A stretch of DNA of 64,000 nucleotides from Thermoproteota archaeon (GCA_029258835.1 JAPDJY010000034.1:1-64000), one strand, 5' to 3'; counted from the first letter of the stretch, positions 40,545 through 51,035 are shown. Numbers and translations are program-made. The notes: generated from the sequence alone by a model not told the origin.

Positions 40545-41033
40545 TTGAAATACGTGAAAGTGGCCTTCTTAGGTATGCCCTCCGTTGGTAAAACAAGCAT
40601 TATAAGGCTTCTAAGCGACAATAAGGTAGTTAAAAGCTATGACCCAACTATAGGGGTAGACTTTGGCTCCTTATCTGTCGGTGAATGCGAGGTCTGCCTC
40701 TGGGACTTTGCGGGGCAGAAGAGGTTCCGTTTCCTCTGGGACGACTTTCTGAAAGGGGCAAAGGTGATCTTCGCCGTGACGGACTCAACTCCTAAGAACG
40801 TTTTAAACACTAGGGAAATAGTAAGCGAGGTGAAAGAGAAAACCGACGCGTTTCTCATCGGGATAGCCAACAAGCAAGACTTGCCAGGAGCCATGAAACC
40901 GAAGCAAGTAGAAAGCATACTTAGAATACCCACCTATGGGATGGTTGCCATAGACCCTAGGAAAAGAGTTAAAATGTACAGCATATTAAGGCAGGCACTA
41001 GAGCAGGCAGTGCTAGCTGTGGCGACAAACTAA
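40545..41033 (+). CDS. Small Ras-superfamily GTPase (Arf/Rab-like)
   Basis: G1 GMPSVGKTS, G2 YDPTIGVDF, G3 WDFAGQ, G4 ANKQD; 162 aa. Confidence 0.92.
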   Translation: MKYVKVAFLGMPSVGKTSIIRLLSDNKVVKSYDPTIGVDFGSLSVGECEVCLWDFAGQKRFRFLWDDFLKGAKVIFAVTDSTPKNVLNTREIVSEVKEKTDAFLIGIANKQDLPGAMKPKQVESILRIPTYGMVAIDPRKRVKMYSILRQALEQAVLAVATN

Positions 41034-41088
41034 AACCTTTTTTAAGCATTCTGATGGTGTTATCCCAGAACCCGGTGAAGTGTCTTGC

Positions 41089-41439
41089 ATGGCTGATTTC
41101 GGGCTTGGACGTCCAGAGAAACCTGTCAGAATACCGCCCGCAACCCCCAGAAAAATTAAGGACTTATCTCGGTCAGATGGTAGGGTGAGGATAATGGGCG
41201 TCGTGGTTGAATCATCATCTAACCACGTGGTAATTGACGATGGAACTGGTATGGTCATGATTAACTTGGCAAGTAGCACTCCGCCTCCCTCCACCGGGAA
41301 ATACGTCAGGGTTTTCGGGCTTGTGACATCTGACGAGAAAGGCGGCCTCTACGTGAACGCTGAGATCCTACAGGACATGAGCTCCCTAGACCTTGACCTT
41401 TACAAGCGCGTCCGGAAGGTGATCGAGTCGGAACGTTAA
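41089..41439 (+). CDS. Small single OB-fold protein (RPA14/RPA3-like)
   Basis: RVRIMGVV...VIDDGTG...GKYVRVFG...NAEILQDMSSLDLDLY plus terminal helix. Confidence 0.65.
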   Translation: MADFGLGRPEKPVRIPPATPRKIKDLSRSDGRVRIMGVVVESSSNHVVIDDGTGMVMINLASSTPPPSTGKYVRVFGLVTSDEKGGLYVNAEILQDMSSLDLDLYKRVRKVIESER

Positions 41440-41520
41440 AAAGCTATGCGCAAGCATTAAGATTAACTAGGAGGGAACACGTTTTTCTCTTCTAGACGAA
41501 TGGGATTGGAGGGGAAAGTT

Positions 41521-42276
41521 TTGGCTTTCAAGATTAAGTTTTCAGATGCCAAGTTGTGGAGGCGTATAGTTGAAGCTGTCAGCGTCCTCGTTGATGAAGC
41601 CGTCTTCAAGGCGGATAATTCATCTCTTAGAGCGAGGGCTATGGATCCAAGTCACGTAGCAATGGTTGACGTTTACTTGCCAGCCGGGATCTTTGACGAA
41701 TATGAGTGTAGCGGAGAAGCCGTTATGGGCGTCAGCTTGGATGAAATGTCTAAGATCGTGCGTAGGGCCGGTGGAGGCGACGAGCTTGAAATGGTGCTTG
41801 ATGAAGAAGCAAACAGTCTCCGTGTACGGCTTAAGGGGGCTGCAACTAGGACATTCAAGATCTCTCTCCTAGACCTAGGCGCCGAGGAGCCCCCAACTCC
41901 ATCGATCACTTTTAACACCGAGGTCAAGCTGATCACTAACTCCCTTGTTCAAGCGTTGAAGGACGCTGAACTTTTCAGTGACCATGTTGAGATTTCAGCC
42001 ACCCCTGAAGGAGTATTCATTGCGGCGTCAGGCGACACAAGCGGCGTCGAAGTGAAGATAGACCGGGGAAGCGAGGCCCTGCTGGAGTTAAACGTAACCG
42101 AGCCGTCAAGAGCCATCTATGCCCTAAGCTACCTTACCGATATGATTAAAGCCGCGGCGATAAGCGACACGGTAACCTTACAGTTTTCAACGAACATGCC
42201 TTTAAAACTTGAGTTCCGCGTTCTCGGCGAGGGTAAAGTAACATACTGGTTGGCTCCTCGAATCGAGGCAGAGTGA
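41521..42276 (+). CDS. pcn: DNA polymerase sliding clamp PCNA
   Basis: AMDPSHVAMV, YALSYL, MPLKLEF, YWLAPRIE; TTG start after GGAGG. Confidence 0.96.
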   Translation: MAFKIKFSDAKLWRRIVEAVSVLVDEAVFKADNSSLRARAMDPSHVAMVDVYLPAGIFDEYECSGEAVMGVSLDEMSKIVRRAGGGDELEMVLDEEANSLRVRLKGAATRTFKISLLDLGAEEPPTPSITFNTEVKLITNSLVQALKDAELFSDHVEISATPEGVFIAASGDTSGVEVKIDRGSEALLELNVTEPSRAIYALSYLTDMIKAAAISDTVTLQFSTNMPLKLEFRVLGEGKVTYWLAPRIEAE

Positions 42277-42329
42277 AACCGTAACATTAAATTTCTGCTA
42301 CTCATATTTTTATTTCAGAGTTCCTTCTA

Positions 42330-43427
42330 GTGCCACCTCCAAAGGAGGCTATAAAAATAATCTCCCGCCAGTTCCTCGCTAAGTACCCTTTCACTTCTGA
42401 GGCTCAGAAATGTCTTCAAGATTTAAATCTCCACTTAGAAGATCTGCTGGATCCATGCTACAGGCCAGTCTTAGAGAGGGGGAGGGAGCGGGTTTTAGAG
42501 GCACTCGACGAAGGCGTAGTTTCATGCAGGATGGAAAGACCGGATGTTGAATTCCTCTCCTTCCCGGTGGCAAGGCTAATAGTTGAAGCGGTAAGAGACA
42601 ACTTCCTCAAGCACAGGTTTGCAACTGCTGAATCTAAGAGAGCTCAGAAACTATTTGAGGAGGAGGGAGAGGAAACCCTTCTCGTCATAGCCCGGAAGAC
42701 CTTTAACGTTGACGTTGAATGGGTTAGAGAGGAAGTGGATGGTAGGGTATATCACTTTAAAGTGCACTTCTCAGACTACTTAAGGTACGCTTCAAGCTTC
42801 CACGATCCATACTGGAAGCTTGTTAACCGCCTTCTCTTAAAAGGTTACGTTTACCTTGTAAAGGACGACTTTGCCCGCCTCTTATCAGGAGCCGTCGAGA
42901 AAAAATTGTCGGAAAGCCGAGGAGCCCCCGCTAAGCTTCCACCAGAAATAAGAGTAATAGTTGATGAGGTCTCATTGAAGGCGGCTTCCAGACGTGGAAG
43001 GTACGCCTTTGAAGACGTTAAGGGCACGGTGGTTGAGGAGGCTTTCCCCCCGTGCATAGCATCGATCATTTCGGCGCTGCGAAGCAACAAACCATTATCT
43101 CACAGTGCCAGGTTCACCTTAACATCGTTCCTTCTCCACGTAGGCTACCCTGTCGATAAAATAGTGTCCCTTTTCAGCGGTGTTCCAGACTTCAGGGAGG
43201 ATTTAACTAGGTACCAAGTTGAGCATATAGCAGGTATGAAGAGTGGAACAAGGTATACTCCCCCCAAATGTGAAACCCTAAAAACTTACGGGTTATGCCC
43301 TCTCCCAGAAGGCTGCGGGAACGTTAGGCACCCCCTAGAATATTACAGACGCCACAGGCGAGAACGCTTAGCCAGTAGGGGGGTAGTAGAGAATGAGCGG
43401 AAAGGCGAAGACCGAGTTTTACCTTAA
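42330..43427 (+). CDS. priL: DNA primase large subunit
   Basis: AKYPF, WKLVNR, FPPCI, HSARF, TRYQVEHIAG, YTPPKC..L...GLC...C..HPL. Confidence 0.95.
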   Translation: MPPPKEAIKIISRQFLAKYPFTSEAQKCLQDLNLHLEDLLDPCYRPVLERGRERVLEALDEGVVSCRMERPDVEFLSFPVARLIVEAVRDNFLKHRFATAESKRAQKLFEEEGEETLLVIARKTFNVDVEWVREEVDGRVYHFKVHFSDYLRYASSFHDPYWKLVNRLLLKGYVYLVKDDFARLLSGAVEKKLSESRGAPAKLPPEIRVIVDEVSLKAASRRGRYAFEDVKGTVVEEAFPPCIASIISALRSNKPLSHSARFTLTSFLLHVGYPVDKIVSLFSGVPDFREDLTRYQVEHIAGMKSGTRYTPPKCETLKTYGLCPLPEGCGNVRHPLEYYRRHRRERLASRGVVENERKGEDRVLP

Positions 43428-44631
43428 ATCGCTCTTCAGAAGGTATTACCGTGAAAACCCTGTTACACCTCCTCCATCGATGGAAAAGCGTGAGTTTGGC
43501 TTCATGTTCTTCGGAACTAAGGCGATGGCGAGACACCTGTCTTTCTTAGCCGTTGAGGAGCTTCAAGGATTCCTGTCATCCGAGGCTCCGTCAGGAGCAT
43601 TCTACTCAGCGGCATACTATCTAGACCCCTCTGCTCCAAGGATGGACGAGAAAGGGTGGATAGGATGCGACTTAATCTTCGACATAGACGCCGACCATTT
43701 AGACCTTCCATGCAAGAACGTCCATGATAAGTGGGCTTGCAAGAGTTGCGGTGAAAGTGGCTTCGGCGTGAAGCCGGAGCGCTGCCCTAAGTGCGGGAGC
43801 CAGGATCTAAATGAGAAAGCATGGTTATGCGAGGGTTGCTTGGACGCTGCAAAAACGGAACTTGTCAACCTGATCGAGGAGTACCTCATACCAGATTTCG
43901 GAATCGGTGAGGGCGAGCTTAAACCGGTATTTTCAGGGCACAGAGGATACCATCTTCACGTTACGTCGAACGCGGTGCTGGACTTGGACCAAACTGCACG
44001 GCGTGAAATCATTGACTATATAAGGGGAACCGGGCTCCAACCACGCTATCACGGGCTCTCCGAGGTGAGGGAGGGCAGAAGTAGGATCATAAAAGGGCCA
44101 AGCGTCGAGGCTGGAGGGTGGAGGGGGAGGCTTGCCAGAGGAATAGCTGAAACGATCTTATTAATGGGCGAAGAGGACCTTCCAGAAAACCGGAAGTTGC
44201 GGTCGGGTTTAAAGAGCCTGCTAAGAAACAAAGGTAAAGTTACGGCGTCACTAAGAAAAGGATTCTGGGATCCAGTTAAAGGCGTCGACATAAGTACATG
44301 GGAGTATCTTGCCGAGCTTACGGTTAAAAGAGTAGGTGGTAAGATAGACGAGCCGGTCACAGCGGATGTTAGGCGCCTCATCAGGCTCCCCACATCCCTT
44401 CACGGAAAAACGGGATTTAGGGTTACCCCCCTGAAGGTTAAGGACCTAAACCGTTTTGACCCGTTTAAAGACGCATTGGTGTTTAAGGGGGAGATCAGAG
44501 TGCAGGTTGAGGATGCACCCCAGTTTAGAATAGGCGAAGAAACCTTCGGCCCATATAAGAATGAGGCTGTCGAGCTCCCCCTTTCCGCGGCGGTTTTTCT
44601 AATGTGTAAAGGTGCTGCTTACTTGAAGTAG
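43393..44631 (+). CDS. priS: DNA primase small (catalytic) subunit with zinc-ribbon insert
   Basis: REFGF, YSAAYY, LIFDIDAD, FSGHRGYH, IDEPVTADVRRLIRLPTSLHGKTG. Confidence 0.96.
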   Translation: MSGKAKTEFYLKSLFRRYYRENPVTPPPSMEKREFGFMFFGTKAMARHLSFLAVEELQGFLSSEAPSGAFYSAAYYLDPSAPRMDEKGWIGCDLIFDIDADHLDLPCKNVHDKWACKSCGESGFGVKPERCPKCGSQDLNEKAWLCEGCLDAAKTELVNLIEEYLIPDFGIGEGELKPVFSGHRGYHLHVTSNAVLDLDQTARREIIDYIRGTGLQPRYHGLSEVREGRSRIIKGPSVEAGGWRGRLARGIAETILLMGEEDLPENRKLRSGLKSLLRNKGKVTASLRKGFWDPVKGVDISTWEYLAELTVKRVGGKIDEPVTADVRRLIRLPTSLHGKTGFRVTPLKVKDLNRFDPFKDALVFKGEIRVQVEDAPQFRIGEETFGPYKNEAVELPLSAAVFLMCKGAAYLK

Positions 44632-44635
44632 GAGG

Positions 44636-45163
44636 ATGCCGATGTACGAGAAGATATTTGAGGCATGGGTTAAAGAGTATGAAAATGCATCTCTCCAACA
44701 ACTAGATGACGGCTTTTTCAGGAAGGCGAACGAATACCTTAAGTCTCTAAGTAAGCTGGGTGGCGAAGGACTTGCCGCTGAACTGGCCAGCATTAAGAGA
44801 AGACGGGTAGAGTACATGCTACTAGACTTGAAGAGGATGCGTCTGGAAAAGATTCTTTCATGCATCACCGAAGGGAAACCTGTCAATACGAATGCGCTAA
44901 CCGGCAATGAGCGTAAAGTATACGACGCCATACTGCGTACTTCAGAAATACGTTTCGAGGAGGAAGAACTGGAAGAATTGGAAAACTTGGACGAAAACGC
45001 CCTAGTAACGGTACGCATACTAGTCGACCTTCCCGAAATAGTTGGAGCAGACCTTAAGGTCTATGGCCCCTTCAAAGCGGAAGACGTCGCCTCTCTACCA
45101 AGAGACAATGCCATCGCCTTAATCAGGAAGGGAGCGGCAATGCCAATAATCCCGGAAAAATAA
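44636..45163 (+). CDS. GINS subunit Gins51/Gins15
   Basis: A-domain LKRMRLEKI; B-domain LPEIVGADLKVYGPFKAEDVASLP..NA..LI..G; follows priS. Confidence 0.88.
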   Translation: MPMYEKIFEAWVKEYENASLQQLDDGFFRKANEYLKSLSKLGGEGLAAELASIKRRRVEYMLLDLKRMRLEKILSCITEGKPVNTNALTGNERKVYDAILRTSEIRFEEEELEELENLDENALVTVRILVDLPEIVGADLKVYGPFKAEDVASLPRDNAIALIRKGAAMPIIPEK

Positions 45164-45510
45164 ACCTTTCTGGAAAAATTTTTCCCTTCTCCACTGCCAT
45201 CCGCATTAACGCTAAAATTTCCCTCCAAAGCTTACATGCTAAAGGAACTGCAAAGCCGTTTTCCGTTTATTCATCAACTTAGCCTACCGCTTCGTCACGT
45301 ATTTCTCCATCTTTAACGAGTTAACGAGGCCGAAACGATTGTTTTTACATAGTTAAAAGCATAAAAGGGGGGAACTGAAAGAGGGCAAAGCATTAGAACC
45401 GCGGTAGACAGCCATCGCAAAAAGTTTTTAAACGGCTAAATCCTTGTCCTTTCACAACATGGTGTTAAAGACATAATGTTCGCCGCCCCTCTAGGGTTCT
45501 AAATAAAAGG

Positions 45511-46005
45511 GTGAACAGGTTGGGAAAAGTTACTGTTGAAGCTCTCGTTGAAGGAGGTAAAGCAACGGCTGGACCACCGCTTGGCCCTGCACTTGGGCCA
45601 ACAGGTGTCAACCTTTACCAAGTGGTACAGAAAATCAACGAGCTCACGGAGAAGTTCAAGGGGCTTAAGGTTCCCGTTAAAGTAACAGTTGACACGGACG
45701 ACAAGTCCTTCGAAGTAGAGGTTGGCGTTCCACCCACATCCGCTTTGATCCTGAGCAAGCTTGGAAAGGAAAGAGCCACAGGGAATCCGGGAAGAGAGGT
45801 AACAGGCAACCTATCAATAAGCGACATAATAGAGATTGCTAAAATAAAGCGCAACCAGCTTTCAGCTAAAACATTAGCGGGCGCTGTAAGGACGGTGCTC
45901 GGAACCTGCGTTTCGATGGGTGTAACAGTTGAAGGGAAAGACCCAAGAGAAGTTCAGAGAGAAGTTCTTGAAGGCAAATACGATGATCTCCTCGCTGAAG
46001 AATGA
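45511..46005 (+). CDS. rpl11p: 50S ribosomal protein uL11
   Basis: GGKATAGPPLGPALGP, VPVKV, PPTSALI, GTCVSMGV.VEG. Confidence 0.97.
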   Translation: MNRLGKVTVEALVEGGKATAGPPLGPALGPTGVNLYQVVQKINELTEKFKGLKVPVKVTVDTDDKSFEVEVGVPPTSALILSKLGKERATGNPGREVTGNLSISDIIEIAKIKRNQLSAKTLAGAVRTVLGTCVSMGVTVEGKDPREVQREVLEGKYDDLLAEE

Positions 46006-46077
46006 AGAACTATTATGTTTCAACGTGAAGCCACCGACGTTTTAAGCCGGGAAAGTGTGGTTTGTGGAGGTCTCCTT

Positions 46078-46740
46078 ATGCCGGTCGACAAAAAGGCTGT
46101 GGTCGAGGCATTGGAGGAGGTGGAGGCTTCCTCCAAGAAAAGGAACTTTGTCGAGTCAATAGACCTAACAGTCAACCTTAAGGACCTCGACCTGAAACGC
46201 CCTGAAAACAGGATAAACGTGGAGTTAACGCTTCCCCACGAAGTAGGGAAGGAACCTAGGATTTGCGTGATAGCATCAGGAGAGCTAGCTGTGAAGGCTA
46301 AGGAGCTAGGCGTTGAGGTCTTAGATAAGGATGAACTCCAGAACCTGGCAGGTAACAGGAAAGCCGCTAGGAAGCTAGCTAAGTCCTTTGACTTCTTCGT
46401 GGCAAGCGCCGACCTTATGCCCCTCATAGGCCGCATCCTTGGCCCGGTTCTAGGTCCTAGAGGGAAAATGCCTAAACCTATCCCCCCGAACGCCGACTTA
46501 AAGCTCATCTTGGAAAACTATAAGAAAACTGTTCGGCTGAGGATGAGGGACAATCCTTCCCTTCATACTAAGGTCGGCAGCAGGGGGATGGACAAGGAGA
46601 AGGTCGCTGAAAACATCAGCGCCGTGGTCTCGTTCCTAGAAGAAAAGCTTGAGAAGGGCCCTCAAAACATCAAGTCCCTCTTCATCAAAACAACCATGGG
46701 TCCGCCAATAAAGCTCCCCTACGTGAGAAGTAGGAGGTGA
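46078..46740 (+). CDS. rpl1p: 50S ribosomal protein uL1
   Basis: KRNFVESIDL, LGPVLGPRGKMP, IKTTMGP; ATG after GGAGG. Confidence 0.97.
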   Translation: MPVDKKAVVEALEEVEASSKKRNFVESIDLTVNLKDLDLKRPENRINVELTLPHEVGKEPRICVIASGELAVKAKELGVEVLDKDELQNLAGNRKAARKLAKSFDFFVASADLMPLIGRILGPVLGPRGKMPKPIPPNADLKLILENYKKTVRLRMRDNPSLHTKVGSRGMDKEKVAENISAVVSFLEEKLEKGPQNIKSLFIKTTMGPPIKLPYVRSRR

Positions 46741-47765
46741 AAGCGTTGCAAGTAGAACTAACAGCTAGAGGCAGACCAGTACCAGAGTACAAACTGAAGA
46801 AAGTAGCCGAGCTCGTCCGGCTCATGGAGAAACACGATGTAATAGGAATAGCGGGGATAGAGGGGATAGGTGCAAAGCAGCTTCAGGAGTTAAGAAGCAA
46901 GCTTAGAGGTCAGGCCCTTATAAGAGTGGAGAAAAACACCCTTGTGAAGAAAGCGATAGGAAAGCTCGCCGGCAAGAAGAAGGGAATCGGAAAGCTTGAA
47001 GCATACATCAGGGGCCCAATCGCATTAATATTCACTAACATGAACCCTGTCAAGCTTAACATGTTCCTTGAGAAAAACAAAACTAGGGCTCCTGTAAAGC
47101 CTGAAACCATAACTCCCGTCGACATCGTTGTTCCAGCAGGTAATACCGGTCTACCTCCTGGACCAGTGATTAGTGAACTTGGGAATGTAGGGTTACCGAC
47201 AAGAGTCGAGTCTGGCACCATATGGATTACGAAGGACACCGTCGTAGCTAAGGCAGGGGATTTGGTTTCGAAGCCTTTAGCAGACGTCCTCAGGCGGCTT
47301 GGCATAGAACCCTTAGAAGTAGGATTAACGTTGAAGGCTGCCTACGATAGTGGTGTGGTTCTTTCAGAGGATGAATTGAAAGTGAATGTGGAGGAAGTGT
47401 TTGCCAGCCTGAAGGCGGCACACGTGGAAGCCTTCAACCTTGCCGTGAACGCTCAGATAATGACCCCTGAAACGGCAATGGTCATACTGCGGATCGCACA
47501 CGTGGAAGCCTTCAACCTTGCCGTGAATGCTGCCGTAGCGACTGCTGAAACACTGCCAGCAATCCTAAGGGTCGCCGAGGGAAAGGCGGTAAGCCTAGCT
47601 CTCCGCATAATGGAGAGGAAGCCTGAAGCAGCACCAGAGGAAGTCTTCGCTTTAACCAAGAGGGAAACACCTCCACCCTCAAAAGAGGAGAAACCCGAAA
47701 AGGAAAAGGAGGAAGAGGAGGAAGAAGAGGAAGAGGTAGGAGGCTTAGGAAGCCTCTTCGCATAG
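46737..47765 (+). CDS. rplP0: 50S ribosomal protein uL10 (P0)
   Basis: KNTL, GNTGLPPGP, LGIEP, three spine helices, acidic tail ending GLGSLFA. Confidence 0.96.
   Translation: MKALQVELTARGRPVPEYKLKKVAELVRLMEKHDVIGIAGIEGIGAKQLQELRSKLRGQALIRVEKNTLVKKAIGKLAGKKKGIGKLEAYIRGPIALIFTNMNPVKLNMFLEKNKTRAPVKPETITPVDIVVPAGNTGLPPGPVISELGNVGLPTRVESGTIWITKDTVVAKAGDLVSKPLADVLRRLGIEPLEVGLTLKAAYDSGVVLSEDELKVNVEEVFASLKAAHVEAFNLAVNAQIMTPETAMVILRIAHVEAFNLAVNAAVATAETLPAILRVAEGKAVSLALRIMERKPEAAPEEVFALTKRETPPPSKEEKPEKEKEEEEEEEEEVGGLGSLFA
47418..47527 (+). repeat. 32-nt exact direct repeat within P0 spine (47418-47449, 47496-47527)
   Basis: gcacacgtggaagccttcaaccttgccgtgaa twice, 78 nt apart. Confidence 0.95.
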
Positions 47766-47826
47766 CTTAATGAAACCTTTAAAAGCTTGATCGCAAATCT
47801 AAAAATCGTGGCGAGGTGAAAACGTC

Positions 47827-48138
47827 ATGGAATATGTATATGCTGCACTACTCCTCCACAAAGCCGGAAAACCCATAAATGAAGAAAGCATTAAGAAGGT
47901 TTTGTCCTCAGCAGGCATTTCACCGGATGAGGCAAGAGTTAAGGCTTTAGTAGCGGCTTTAGAGGAAGTTGACATAGAGGAAGCCATAAAAAGTGCTGCC
48001 CCGGTACCCGTAGCAGCCACGGCAGCCCCTGTCGAGGCAGCACCGGCTGAGGCGGAGAAAGCAGAGGAGAAAGGCGAAGAAGAGGAGAAAGAAGAGGAAG
48101 GAGAGGAACTGGAAGGTCTCGGCGCCCTCTTCGGCTAA
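47827..48138 (+). CDS. rpl12p: Ribosomal stalk protein P1 (L12p)
   Basis: [21 protein letters not shown]-rich hinge, GLGALFG. Confidence 0.98.
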   Translation: MEYVYAALLLHKAGKPINEESIKKVLSSAGISPDEARVKALVAALEEVDIEEAIKSAAPVPVAATAAPVEAAPAEAEKAEEKGEEEEKEEEGEELEGLGALFG

Positions 48139-48178
48139 GTCTCAGCTTTAAAAACTTAAACATCGGGAATCTTTCTTT

Positions 48179-50947
48179 TCAGTGCCTCCATCCTATTTTC
48201 TGCCCATGCTTACATATTTCATTTTTCAGAAGCCTGTAACCCTCCTTTACGGCCTCACCGACCTTATCTAAGCGTGTACCTCCTCCCATAGCCACTTTCC
48301 CCTTCCCACCGCCGGATCCTCCCACCACCTCTGCTACTTTCCTGACTACCATTGGCACATCCACATCAACAAGTTTCCCAGTCATTCCTACAACGCCGAC
48401 TCTCTCACCTCTTCCTAGAAGGAGAACAGCCGCTCTTTCCTCCATCTTAACCACCTCTTCCGCTATCTTCACAAGTAGTTCCGTGTCCCCTTCTGTTTCA
48501 CCAACAACTAACACATAACCGTTAACCCTTTCAGCCTCCCTTAAGAATCTCTCAGCCTCTCTTCTGGCCAGCACGTCTTTAAGCCTCTCTATCTCCTTCC
48601 CCCTCTTTTTCCATTCTTCAAAAAACTTTTTAGCAGCTTCACGTACCTGCTCCTTTGGGACACGGAATACCGCAGCCGAGTCCTCAACAAGCTTATCCAT
48701 CTCCTGTATGTAACGGACAGCCGCCTCCCCCGCTTTGAACTCGAGCCTGACGACTCCGTCTTGTATCCTTTCAACTCTAACTATTTTTATTAGTCCAACC
48801 TCCCCTGTCCAGTCGACGTGTACCCCTCCGCACGCCTCCACATCCCACCCGTCCACGTCCACTATTCTGAGTTCCCGTCCGGGAACCGCTCCCCCCTGGT
48901 AGATTGTAAATCCAAACATTGCTTCAGCCTCATCCCTAGGGATAACGTACTTTCGAACTCTCCTATTCTCCATCACGATCCTATTAGCTAAAGCCTCTAT
49001 TTCCTTAACCTCCTCCCGGCTTAACTGCTTATAATGGGTTATGTCGAGCCTTGCTTCGTCAGGCTTCTTCTCTGCCCCTGCTTGCCAAACATGCGGGCCG
49101 AGAACCCTCCTAGCTGCACCGTTCAAAATGTGCGTAGCTGTATGGTGCCTCATCAACGCGATCCTCCTCCCCCAGTCTATTTCTCCCTTAACCTTCGCTC
49201 CAACGCTAAACTTCGCCGGATCCTTAACTTGGTGGAGGATGGCGTTACCCACCTTCTCCACCCGAACCACCTCTTCACCGTTAAGCGTTCCAACATCGTG
49301 AAGCTGCCCACCGCCTGTAGGGTAGAAGAGGGTCTTATCCAAGACAACGTAGGGTCCAACTACAGCCGTGACCTTACTGGTAAACTCCGAATCGTAGGGC
49401 TTATCATAGTACAACGGGTAGGTTGAAGGCAGCTCCTCCTCGACTACGACCCTTTTAGCTTCAACCCTCGACTTTTCCTTCCTCTCCCCCAGCTCCAAGT
49501 AAAAACTGCTTGGAACTTCCACGTGGACCCCCATTTCCTCCCCTATTTCCTGAACCATTTCCGGTGGAATACCGTTCGACTCGTAAAGCTCAACTAAAAC
49601 CTTTAATCCCAGCTTCCTCCCGCTTCTTAACAGTCTTTCAACCTGCCTACGCCCCCTGTCGAGTGTCTGGAAGTACCTTTCCCTCTCAACCTTAAAGATG
49701 TCTTCGATTACCTCCCTTGCAACCTCCAAGTGAGGGTAGCTCTCCTTAAGGTAGTCGATGTGCCTATGGAACAGCTCTGCGAAGTCAAGCTCAAATCCGT
49801 ACAGCCTGTCTAGGCTTATCGCTCTCCTAAGTATCATGCGGAGGTTGTAGCCTCCTCCAACATTTGAAGGTATCCCACCGTCAGCGACGGCGAACACTAA
49901 CGTACGCGTATGATCCGCAATGGCGTATAGCGCCTCTAACGGGCCAAGCTGATGTCTTAGCTCGCCGTGGCCGACTCCGATCCTTGAAGCTATCTCCCTA
50001 GTCACCCTCTCAAAATCCTGCATTTCGTTCGCGTCAAAAAGACCTGAAAGGGCAGAGTACCTGAAAAGTAAGTCCTCACTAACGTCCACCCCCGTCTCCC
50101 TTTTGAGCCAGCTGAGCACTGGACCGAACGCCGCCTCGTAAATGGTAGGTGTCCCCTGGGTAAACCACGCCATCCTCTCCACCCCCCACCCTACGTCGAT
50201 AACCTTTATCTTAAGCTCCCTCCAGCTCCCATCAGGTCCCAGAGCATACTGCATGAAGACGTTGTTAACTATTTCAAGTCCCTTCCCAAACGCTTCGAGC
50301 GATGGGCCAAACGTTCCCCCTCCACTCCAGACGTCCTCTTTATAGGTAACTTCCTCCTTTCCAATTTTCAAATATTTTGTGAGAAACTCGAAGTTAAGGT
50401 CTATGCAAGTGTCCATCCAGTACCCTTCGCCGTCGTACTTGAAAGCGTGCTGCCCTCCCATAATGAAAAGAGATAGGTGCCTCCCCGTCCTTCCAACGTT
50501 ATCTACGTCACAGAATCCTTTTCCGCCGAACCTTATACATGGCTGGGGGACGACTAGCGGGTTTGCAGGGGGCTTAACGACTCCTTCCACCACGTAGGGC
50601 TGAAAGTCGGCTATCGAGGCTATGGTGAAGGCTAAGTCGTCCCTCCACCTCGCAACCACAGGGTACTCCCTTATCCTCGTATGTCCCCTCTCCTCGAAGA
50701 AACGACACCAGTTATCTATAGCCTCGTGGAAACTCCACCCTCCCCCCTTCCTACCTAGGAAAAGGTAGCCTCCCACACATTTCGTGTCGCCGCAGTTCCT
50801 CCTATCAGGGTTCAATGTCCAAAAGTAGTCTCCACATGCTTCACATCGTTTCCTAGTGAACCCTTCTCTTCTGAACAGTTCAACCTCGTAGTTTTCCCTT
50901 CCAAACTTTCCCTTCAAATCTTCCTTGGACACGTTCAAGGAGGCCAC
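48179..50947 (-). CDS. alaS: Alanine--tRNA ligase
   Basis: ARWRDD..FTIASI.DFQP, DVGWG.ER, ADHTR, HHTATH, YQGG, EACGG.H, GGSGGG. Confidence 0.97.
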   Translation of the reverse strand: MASLNVSKEDLKGKFGRENYEVELFRREGFTRKRCEACGDYFWTLNPDRRNCGDTKCVGGYLFLGRKGGGWSFHEAIDNWCRFFEERGHTRIREYPVVARWRDDLAFTIASIADFQPYVVEGVVKPPANPLVVPQPCIRFGGKGFCDVDNVGRTGRHLSLFIMGGQHAFKYDGEGYWMDTCIDLNFEFLTKYLKIGKEEVTYKEDVWSGGGTFGPSLEAFGKGLEIVNNVFMQYALGPDGSWRELKIKVIDVGWGVERMAWFTQGTPTIYEAAFGPVLSWLKRETGVDVSEDLLFRYSALSGLFDANEMQDFERVTREIASRIGVGHGELRHQLGPLEALYAIADHTRTLVFAVADGGIPSNVGGGYNLRMILRRAISLDRLYGFELDFAELFHRHIDYLKESYPHLEVAREVIEDIFKVERERYFQTLDRGRRQVERLLRSGRKLGLKVLVELYESNGIPPEMVQEIGEEMGVHVEVPSSFYLELGERKEKSRVEAKRVVVEEELPSTYPLYYDKPYDSEFTSKVTAVVGPYVVLDKTLFYPTGGGQLHDVGTLNGEEVVRVEKVGNAILHQVKDPAKFSVGAKVKGEIDWGRRIALMRHHTATHILNGAARRVLGPHVWQAGAEKKPDEARLDITHYKQLSREEVKEIEALANRIVMENRRVRKYVIPRDEAEAMFGFTIYQGGAVPGRELRIVDVDGWDVEACGGVHVDWTGEVGLIKIVRVERIQDGVVRLEFKAGEAAVRYIQEMDKLVEDSAAVFRVPKEQVREAAKKFFEEWKKRGKEIERLKDVLARREAERFLREAERVNGYVLVVGETEGDTELLVKIAEEVVKMEERAAVLLLGRGERVGVVGMTGKLVDVDVPMVVRKVAEVVGGSGGGKGKVAMGGGTRLDKVGEAVKEGYRLLKNEICKHGQKIGWRH

Positions 50948-51035
50948 CTTCCTGCCAGCTGCTGTAACCTCTTAAGCCACCGCAATCTAAAAACCTTCCT
51001 GTCAACATTAAGTAACGTGAAAATCGCATCCTTTC

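Noticed and set aside
46028-46063. Hairpin (AAGCCAC/GTGGTTT) upstream of rpl1 as a uL1 autoregulatory site
   Set aside because: The stem is plausible, but I could not confirm the uL1-binding internal loop by eye.
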